From Eledone cirrhosa (taxonomy: Eukaryota), in NCBI GenBank assembly GCA_964016885.1, contig OZ024742.1, positions 109,182,001-109,246,000 on the forward strand: a stretch of DNA of 64,000 nucleotides. The letters run 5' to 3'. Under the pieces are notes generated by a model that had not been told where the DNA came from, ran no database searches, and worked only from the letters and a program-made list of their open reading frames with translations. Position 1 is the first letter of the stretch. Every line of letters begins with the position of its first letter. A program made the translations under genes and the position numbers. Positions 53,781-64,000 of the stretch are shown here, in pieces.

Positions 53781-54848
53781 AAAGATTCAAAGAAACTGTT
53801 CATCCTAATTTTTCTCCAGAGATAAAATCTACATTACTACATGGACCTCAACAACCAATCTCTATTTCCCTTGATAGTCCTATTTATGTAGAAAATCACT
53901 ACAGGGAGAAGTACTGCACTAAATATTAAAGATTTTGTTTTCACGTGTTTAAGCTATGATCTACGACACAACTATTTTCTAAAGATGAACTTAAGAATTT
54001 ACTACAAGACCTAAAGGCGTTTACAAAGCGTTTAGTGTGAGGTGGTTTATGGTGAACGATTAAAACATTTAAAACATACATATTTCACCCAGACACTAAA
54101 ACATAGATACTAAAATAAAGAAAAATAGTTTGCACCATATTTCAAGAAAAATGCAACTTTGGTTTGTCACACAAATGTTAAGTGGCAAAGTGAAGAAACT
54201 TTGCAAAATATATAATGCCGAATCGTGGAGGTCTTTTATAGATTCACCTCAAAGATGTCTAAATGAGATACGTTTTCAGAATTGCTTCAAATTTAGACCC
54301 AAGGCCAGCAAGTTAGGGGGATGGTAGTCTATTAAATCGATCTGAATACTTGACTGATATTTACAATATAAACTCCATAAGTGGAATAATAAATAACTTC
54401 TAAAAATCATAGGAATTTTGCAGACCAATCCAGTGATGCGACCAATTTGGTTGCATCACTGGACAGAAAGCACCAACGATGGGAAAACCAATGGGAACAC
54501 TGTTCCTTTGGTTCTATCCGATGATCAGCTCCTTTCTTCTGTCAGGAGTTGTGATCAACTAATAGTATCATCAATAGAAAGACTAATGGAAACATTGTTT
54601 CTTTGATTCGATCTGACGATCACTTCTTTTACCAGGAATTGCAACTGAGATATTATCAGCAATAGAAAGATCAATGGAAGTATGCTTTTCTTGGTTGGAT
54701 GTAATCAATTGTTCCTTTCCTTTCCTTTTAAGTTAGTTTTAGCTAATCAATATGTGAGTATCGAACGTGCTTTCATAATTATTGTACCCATGGGAGGGAG
54801 TTATGAATATCATAATTTGTTTTTAAGCCTCTCTTCTCTGAACAACTT

Positions 54849-55066
54849 AGGGCGGTGGATTGGCAGAATCGTTAGAACACCAGAAAGATTGTTTGCGGCA
54901 TTTAGTTACAACTCTTTACGTTCTGAGTTCAAATCCTGCCGAGGTAAACTTTGACTTTCATTTTTCAAGGGTCGATAAAATAATGCACTAGTCGAGCACT
55001 GGTGTTAATATAATCGACGTATTCTTCCCCACTAAATTGATGGTCTTGTATCTAAATTAGAAACCA
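54849..55066 (+). mobile_element. tRNA-derived Nin-domain SINE
   Basis: TGGCAGAATCGTTAG..GAGTTCAAATCC..gccgaggtaaactttgactttcat..ggtcgataaaata. Confidence 0.8.
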
Positions 55067-55815
55067 CAATGAAAATACCTTTGATTATTTTCCCCCATCT
55101 TCGTTAATATGCAAGAAAAAATGTTTACGTTAAAATAAAAAAATATATGGTGTTATTCTCCGACATTGTATAATGTATTCACACATAATATACTATTTTA
55201 CAGTCAGATAGACTGTGCTTCAAATGGCAATCTGTCAGTTTAGATAAATTCTAATGAGAATATTTTCAAATTATTTCTCTAAAATGCAGAGAAAAGAGAC
55301 AAAGGTGATGAGAAAAAGACAGAGAGATAGAGGAGAGAGAGAGGGAGAGGAAAAGAGAAAAAGAGAGAACATAGATGGAGAGAGGTGAGAGAAAAAGAGA
55401 GCAAGGGAAAGTAGAAAGAGAGATATGAAGAGAGAGAAGAGAAAGGAAGAAAATGGAGAGAGAGCGAGAAAAATGTTTACAATCTATCAATTTATATTTT
55501 TTTAACATAAATAAAATATCTTCATTACATTTTCAATAAATGCTACGTTATAACAATGGACGACGTATTTTTTAATTTAAAAATACGATTTTGTCTACTG
55601 TCTTTGTTACTCTTTTATTGCTGTTTCATAATCTTTGCTGTCATTTTTTTATCGAAATAACTTTTAACAGTTCTTATATTTGACATTTACTATAACATTT
55701 ACACAGTTTGTATTATTGTTTTATCGTTTTCGCTCTTAGAAATATCTCCCTTCACTATCCACTTCGATTTTTACAGCAAAGTGTTGTGAAATCCTAGGAG
55801 AGATATATTCTATGC

Positions 55816-55913
<98 letters not shown>

Positions 55914-57989
55914 GTATATATATATATATATATATATATGCGTATATATATATTTACACACATATATATTTATGCATATAATATATTTATATATATACAT
56001 AAATGTGTGTGTGTGTGGGCGTGTGCGTGTGCTGTTTTTCGCCAAAAACCTCAATTGACATTGGAGGCTAACAAAAAAAGAAAAGAAAAAACACAGAAAT
56101 ACAAGAAACCACAAGGCTAATTTTCATAACCAATTTTGTCGTATTTTTATTTTGTTTATCTCAACTGTCAATAACTATTGACGTCTTGTTGTTCCCCCGG
56201 TTTTTCTCTCCCTTCTTCCATCCTCTATCACCTCTACAAAAATACCGCAAGTAAATATCGAAATAAGAAACGTCAAAAGAAACGAAAAACGCGTCCATTT
56301 TGTTTTTAATGATATATGCCAGGCTGTCTCGATTACTTCATCTTTCTATACGTTACTTTACACTAATACCTAACTATTCTTAGCTATACTAATCATATAT
56401 ATTGCATTAGCATCTACTGCTATATCTTATGATATTTTTCTATTGTGTAGTGATATTTCCTATGAAAGATTTTGACGATGAAAAGATAGTAAAGTCTGTG
56501 TTGGACCTTCGTCGGTTCTGACGATGAGTATTCCGGTTGTGAATCAGAGGAACAACCTGCTCATGAAATTAATGTGCAAATGGCTGATCATTCCTCAGAC
56601 GCTCACAATAACAATTTCTTCCAAACAACCACTGTCGCTCTATTGCAGTGGTAAAATATACGGCATATGATGATGATGTATTATTAAGTGACTTTTACTG
56701 AATTTAAGAAAAGAAAGGTGACGATCATCAGGCAGGACCAAGAAAATAATGTTTCCATTAGTATTTTCAATACTTAGACTATCTGTCTTTCATAACTCTT
56801 GAACAATGATAGAAGCCAGTCATCAGATCGGACCAAGGTAGTAATGTTACCATTGGTCTTTTCGTTGCTGATACCATCACTCGCTCACAACCCTGACAGA
56901 AAAATGAGTCTATCGTCAGACCAGACCAAGGAAACTATTTCCATTGGTCTTTCTCTAGCTGATTGTATCTGTCGCTTACAAATCTTGACAGAAGAAAGAA
57001 AATTAGCTGATTATCAAATCGGACTAAGGAAACAACATCTGCATCAGACTTACCATTTTTGATACTATCTGTCGAGTGCAACTCGACAGATAGTATCAAA
57101 CACCAGCCGTTCCAAGAATCGAACACGACCTTATGACTACACCAGGTGGTTACTCAATCTAATAACTACTAAAATCTATGCAGAATGTTCATGTAATTAA
57201 TAATTGAGAGACAAAGCAAGTTATAAGATAGAAATATACATAAAAATACTAATTTATTTCTATATTAAGATTTCGGGTTATTTCTAATTAATTTCTGAAT
57301 CATCTTCATTAATCATTAAGTTAAACGAATCAATCAAAGAGCTTTTGTGTGAATTAATCATCCCAAGAAAGTTTTATTTGAACTTACTATTTATTTCGTT
57401 GACATAAGGCCAGCAATTCGCTAAGACAGTGGGTATAATCAATGAACTCTACCTTATTAAAATTACTGGCATATTTTAATCATTAACTGAGTTGAAACAT
57501 AGATTTAAACCCGGAAAGATTTAAATTAAGAAAGAGAAAATTTAATATTGCAAGGTTTTAGCAATCAGCCTGTTTCTGTTTATATAGGTTATATTTCCAA
57601 TCAGTTTTGGATCATAGACACGTGAACCCATAACGTAAATCTCAGAGAGATTCAACGTCATACAGTGGGTGACAATACTGGCACTTGGATTACAAGCACA
57701 ATTCTTTTTTTTACTGCAGAGTTGAGTGAACTGGAGTAATGTGGAATATAGTGTCTTGCTTAAAACGTCAACGCTCAATCCGATCAAAGAATCGAACTTC
57801 TTCTTCTTATTATTATTGGTCTGATTGGACGTCTTTTTGCTCGCTCCCAGTAAGTCGCTTTATTTACCTGTTATAATTATTTGTTGTTAAATTTATCTTG
57901 TTGTGTAAGGGATATAAGCCCTTGGACTTTGCCCTGTGAAGTGGAAAGTGTAATATTTTGGCCTTTTGGCCCAAATATTTAAACAATAT

Positions 57990-60900
57990 TTGAACATTTT
58001 ACTTTTGAAAAAAAAAAAAAAAAAAACATGGCTGAGCCACACACCCCAGCAATATGTCTGCTGTCGTGTGACAACGGCGTAAAAGTTGAGAGGAGGGTTA
58101 GTGAAATTCATACAACAAACACCACCACGAACAACGTGAACAAAGACAACAACACTGAGAACACTAATTTTTTTAAAATGACCACACCAATTACAACAAT
58201 AACAGCGTCAACCAAAATACAGACAACAGAAAAAATGACAACAAATGCAACAACGATATTAACACCACTAACAAGAAAATAAACAACGATAACACGAACA
58301 GCAAGAATACAAATTGCACCGAAAACAACAACAACGGTGGCACCAAAAACACAACCGACTACAACAGGGATAACAGCAACAACACCAACAACACCGTTTG
58401 TAGCAGTAGAAACAGCAACAGCGCCAATAACAATACCAGTAGCAGCAGTTGTGGCAGCAATAATGGTGCCGCTGAAAAAGGGGCCACTTCTTTCGCAGGT
58501 GTGGCCCGAAATATAGAGACAGTGCTAGTCACGGAGGAAGAGATGGCAGTCGCAAGAGCCATGGTGACAAGGAATGAAAATAGAGTTTCCCTGAAACCTC
58601 CACCCGATTTCTTCGAAGACCAGCAGCTGCGGATGGTGACTTACCGCACCGTAAGCAAGATGTCACATCGGGTGGAGAGAGCCACGGAGGCTCAAATCCA
58701 AAAGGCCTTGGGGTGCGTCTGTACGCGCAAAACCCACATCACCCGAGGCAAAAAGTACGCCACAGTAGGCGTACTGTTCACCCCCCCCCCCCCCAAGAGG
58801 CGAAGTCTCACTCTTTGGAAACCCTTAAGAGTGAGGAGATAGTCTTGGTGCCCTCCTACTGCGGGCAGAAAATTGTGAGGCTCTAAGTAACCCAGGTCCC
58901 ACCCGACGTGCCCATACCTTGGCTGGCCGCGTCTGTACTGGCTGGAATCGTGGAGAAGACGACCATACTGCAAATACAGAGAATGGGAAGAGAGAACTGG
59001 CCAGGAATAGGCATGCAAATGCTAATACAGACTGACCAGGAATGCATATAGGCCATCCCATATATCATAGACCTCGAAGAAGGGCTGCAACTCCCTATAA
59101 GCGTGGAAGGAAGACGCCCAAAGTGATATCTCTGTGGCCAGAAGGGTCACCTCAGGGCCTTCTACCCGCAGAAGACAGCCAAGAAGAGGGCCTCATCCTT
59201 CCGATGCCTGATCCGCTGCTACCAAGAGCAGGGCAGGCAACAGAGGCAGAATACCCTTCCATGGTGAGTAGGAGGGCAACGTCCGTGGCACCCATACCAA
59301 GGCCACAGACAACTAAAACAGCGGCAGATGTGGCGGCAATACCAACAGTTGCAGTAGCTACGCTGGCGGTAAACCACCACCTACCACCAACAGCAGTGGA
59401 GCTCCCAGACGCCACGGAATCCGACGTGAAGTATGAGGTGGGAGGGGAGTTGCAAACGGTCTGCCACCAAAAAAGCAAAAAAACAAAGAGGAGTAAAGGC
59501 TGCAAGGAGACTTGCAGCAACACCACCAACACCCACACCACCACCAGCATCACCCAAAACACCAACATCGCAAACAATACAAGACACACACACCCAACAG
59601 CAACAAGAAGAAAACAGCAACAAAATCCCCCCTCCCCCCAAAAAGTACACAGCCATAAATAGGGCAAATAAAGAACTCTTACAACATATAAAGCAGCACA
59701 CAGACATCACAGAAAAAAATTACTACACACCACCAACACCAAGAACTCTCCAGAAAAACATAAACATCATTGAAATCAAAATAGAACAATACAAACTTTT
59801 AAAAGAAAAATTCCCCAACGCAGTTGGGGACTTCAGGAGGTCGGTTACCAAGAGGATATACACCGACATCCTTTTGGAAATACCCATGACCAGCCAAAGG
59901 GCCGGTTCTACTGTCCATTAACCACACCTTTCTCACTTGCCCCGTTTCGCATCCAACATGGCCGTACTTAGAATAGACAGTGTAAATGTACGTGGCCTGG
60001 GGTCATCTTGGAAGCAGAGTCACCTGCTCAACAACCTCAGGTCACTAAACATAGATGTGGTGGCCATCAGCGAGACCAGAATCTCTGAAGCACGAGCCTT
60101 CGCACCGATCTTCGGTGGCTACGATGTATACGCATCTCCCAGCCGTCCAGGATCGAGGGGGGGAGTTGCCGTGCTTTTTCGGAGAGGCTTGGATCTCGCC
60201 ATAGGGGCCATCTTCCTGGACCCAGAAGGTACGTCGGTGGTGCTGGACGTAACCGGCAGCGAAGGCAATGCTTTCAAGCTAGTAGCCGTCTACGCCCCAA
60301 CAGAGGCAGGACGGCCACATATCTCTTCAGATGTCTAGAGACCTTTCTTGGAACGTCCCGCTCTTTAGTGTTAGTGGGCGACTGGAACGGTATCTTAGAT
60401 GCACGCTGGGATTATATGGGGCTAGTAGACAGGGCAGGTGGGTGTAAATGCCTCAACAACCTGCTCAGACGTTTTGAACTGTCTGACAGGTATAGACTGG
60501 ATTATCCGAATGTGCCAATGTGGACATAGGCAAACCGCATCGGGTCATTCAGATCGTATTTAGATAGGGTATTATGTAGCGAAACAGATAAGACTAGTGT
60601 AGGTTGTCCACAATTTAAAGTAGTCGACTACACGGACCAAAGTTTTTTATCTGTAAAGTTGACTTAGATAGACTCCATAGGAAAGGGCCCGGTTAGTGGA
60701 AGCTGAATGCGTCGTTTCCGGCGCGCAAAGCTTACAGAGACCGGATTAGCGAATTAGTTAAGCGTGCGTTGACAGGTGCGATCGTCAACAACAAGTGGTG
60801 GTTTATCCTGAAAAGGGTTATTAGAGTAGAATCAATAAGGTTTAGCAAAGGAGTTTAGAGGAAAATGGAGTGGAGGGAGATTTAGTTAGAAAGCTAGAAG

Positions 60901-61577
60901 AGGCGTTTAGGACAGGCTTCGCAACCGACGTGCTTGCGGCGAGATTAGCACTTGACCAATTCTTCAACGCAAAGGATGAAGGCTGCGTTGTCAGAGCAAG
61001 AGCGCGTGCTCTAAGACACTAGGGGACGAAAGCCGTTCAATGGGCCCGGGTGGTGGAGGCGCGACGTGGCAATAAGTCCACAATTCGGTCTTTACCTGAT
61101 CAAAACGGACGCATGTTGCTCGAACCCGGGCAGATGTGCGCGGCTTTTCAACAGCACTTTGCTCAATTGTTCGGGAGCGGCGGCGGGCCAGATCGGAGTA
61201 TGGACTTCGGTGTATACCTCGGCGGACTGCCGCGGCTCTCGACGACCGCAGCGCAGTGCTGCGAAAAGCCGATAACAGCAGGTGAAATACGGGAAGCGAT
61301 GTCTGACTGCACGAGGGGTAAATCGCCAGGTTTGGATGGTCTGCCCTACGAGCTTTATGCGTATATGCCAGACTTGTTCGGCTACCTCTTGGAAGATGTC
61401 TACTGCAACTAGCAGCAGAACAGAAGCATTCCCAGTTTTGTGAGCTGGGGAGTGGTGGCGCTGCTGAAAAGACCCGAACAAGAGGGGCGTTATAGACAAC
61501 TTCAGGCCCATAACTCTGCTAAACGCAGAGTTTAAGATTTTTGCCAAGGTGTTAGGAAAGAGATTGGCACTTGTGAT
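57990..61577 (+). mobile_element. Tx1-like LINE: decayed ORF1 (~58028-59921) and ORF2 (59958 onward), broken off early in the RT domain
   Basis: ORF1 VEGRRPK..CGQKGHLRAF knuckle; ORF2 NVRGL, ISETR, GDWNG, KSPGLDGLPYELY and NFRPITLLNAEFKIFAKVL; many stops and frameshifts. Confidence 0.9.
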
Positions 61578-64000
61578 GGAGCTCCTGATCCAAGCGGACC
61601 AAAAAAGCATTGAGGAGATCCCAGAGGTAATAGACCTCACTGACGGCAGCCACCTCACCGTAATTGTCGAGGGCAGAAGGCCTAGGTGTGTCGTTTGTGG
61701 TGAAGGAACCCACCTAAGGGCTTTCTGCCCTCAGGCTAAAAGGTTGAGGCCACCTCTCCTACCCACCCCAGTTACTCAACCATCAACACCACCAGTAGCA
61801 GAGATGGCAGCAACAACTGTAGCAGCAACAACAGACGCAACTATAACAGCAACAACCCCAGCAACAGTAGCAAAACCAACACCACCACCACCAGCAAAAC
61901 CAACACCACCACCACCCAACGCTTCAGAACTAGCACCAGCGCCTACACCAGCCACCACGCCACAACCAAAACTAATGCCTGTGGAGGATTTTCCACTCCC
62001 CGGCCTATCACAACTGGAGACAGATTGTGACGACGAGGAGTGGGAAACGGTATCAGGAAAAAAAAAAGAAACCAAAAAAGAAAAAATTCTCTTCCTTCCC
62101 CCTCCAAAAACAAAATACAGAGGGAAACAAATAAATTAAAAACAAAAAAGTTAGGACAGATATGCCACCATCCACACCAGCATCACCAACCCCATCACCC
62201 CAAACACCAACACCATCACCATCATTAACCCCAACACCACCATCACCTACACCACAAAAGTCACCAAAATGCGAAACAGAAACAAACCCACAACAAACGC
62301 AAACAAAACAAAACAACCAAAACGATACACACTACACAGCATTAAATTTGAACAACAAGCAATTATTACACTACATCCAACACAACACCAGCATCACAGA
62401 AAAAGACTACACAACAACCCCAAAATTCACACCACCTCCACACATACAAATAACTCGCATCACACAGAAAACGTACATGACACTAAAACAAAAATTCCCC
62501 AAAGACATCGGAGACTTCCGACAAGCACTCTCCAGGAGGATTTATAAGGACATCCTTCCTGAGGAGGCCACAAGCAGTGAAAAGGATGGAAAAACCGTCC
62601 TTCCTCTACGAGAAGTAAGGTAAGTGGTCTTTCCCATCTTTTCCACTCCTTTTCAACATGATCTCACTCAGAATAGGCAGCATAAATGCGCGTGGCTTGG
62701 GATCGTCATGGAAGCAGGGCCACCTGCTCAACGACCTCAGGTCACTAAACATAGATGTAGTGGCCATCAGCGAGACCAGAATCTCCGAAGCACGGGCCTT
62801 CGCACCGATCTTCGGCAGCTACGATGTGTACGCATCTCCCAGCCGTCCGGGATCGGGGGGAGGAGTTGCTGTGCTTTTTCGGAGAGGTTTGGATCTTGCC
62901 ATACGGGCCATCTTCCTGGACCCAGAAGGTAAGTTGGTGGTGCTGGACGTGACCAGCGGAGACGGGCAAGCTTTCAGGTTAGTGGCCGTCTATGCCCCGA
63001 CAGGAGCAGGGCGGCCTGATTTCTTCCAGCGTCTAGAGACCTTTCTTGGAACGTCCCGCTCTTTAGTGTTAGTGGGCGACTGGAACGGGATCATAGATGC
63101 ACGCTGGGATTGTGTGGGATTAGTGGATAGGGAAGGAGGGTGCAAGAGTCTCACGAACCTGCTCAGGCGTTTTGAACTGTCTGATAGGTACCGATTTGAT
63201 TTCCCGAATGTACCAATGTGGACTTGGACAAATCGCATAGGGTCATCCAGATCATATCTAGATAGAGTATTTTGTAGGGAAATAGATAGGTCTAGCATAG
63301 GCTGTCCACAATTCAAGATAGTCAGCTACACAGTCCACAAATTCATGATCTGTGTGCTTGACTTAGATAGGCTTCATAGACGAGGACCCGGCTACTGGAA
63401 GCTAAACGCGTCCTTACCAGCACGCAAGGCCTACAGAGACCAGATTAGCGAACTAGTTAAGCGGGCGTTGACGGGACCCATCGTCAACAACAAGTGGTGG
63501 TTTGCTCTGAAAAGAGCAATTAGAATAGAGTCCATTAGGTTTAGTAAGGCTTTAGCAATAGAGAAAAATAGAGCAGAGGGAGAATTAGTTAGAAAATTAG
63601 ACAAGGCGCTTTGCAAAGGCATCGCGACCGACATACTTGCGGCGAAATTGGCCCTTGACCAATTCTTCAATGCAAGCACGAAGGCTACGTTGTCAGAGCT
63701 AGGGTGCGTGCTCTCAGACACGAGGGGACGAAAGCCGTTCAATGGGCCCGTGTGGCGGAGGCGCGTCATGGCAACAAAGCCACGATCCGGTCTTTGGTGG
63801 ACCACGACGGGCGCAAGCTACTCGATCCCGGGCAAATGTGTGAAGCTTTTCAGTGACACTTCGCTCAACTGTTCGGGGGCAGTGGCGGGCCGGATCAAGG
63901 GATGGACTTTAGTGTCTACCTCGACGGACTGCCGCGGCTCTCGGCCACTGAGGCGGAGTGTTGCGAAAAGCCGATAACAGCCGCTGAAGTACGGGAGGCA
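61578..64000 (+). mobile_element. Tx1-like LINE, 5'-truncated in ORF1; ORF2 starts at 62658 and runs off the window end
   Basis: VEGRRPRCVVCGEGTHLRAFC; ORF2 MISLRIGSINARGL..ISETR..AVYAPT..GDWNG..YLDRV..YWKLN; frameshift near 63675. Confidence 0.92.

Overview
AT-rich eukaryotic DNA packed with microsatellites and transposons; no confident host protein gene, and most listed ORFs are artefacts of (TA)n, (CATA)n, (GATA)n, (CA)n and (GA)n tracts. The SINE types and microsatellite load suggest a coleoid cephalopod such as Octopus (inference only). Contents: two clusters of decayed Tx1-like LINEs (1-5033 minus; ~57990-64000 plus) plus 3' fragments; a near full-length RTE-clade LINE in a (TA)n tract (29867-33524); a near-complete Penelope-like element of the Naiad type with an inverted terminal copy (6916-10068); fragments of other Penelope-like elements (PLEs); SINEs; a non-autonomous Helitron; a piggyBac-like MITE. 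The main hidden signal is about 20 type I hammerhead ribozyme (HHR) motifs from roughly ten sequence families. Many lie in short non-coding fold-back elements whose two 3' ends point outward into (TA)n. Two families carry a U3-A8 core instead of C3-G8, several have long stem II extensions, and one forms a 484-nt ribozyme-to-ribozyme unit like a retrozyme. Folds and alignments were done by eye and element boundaries are approximate.
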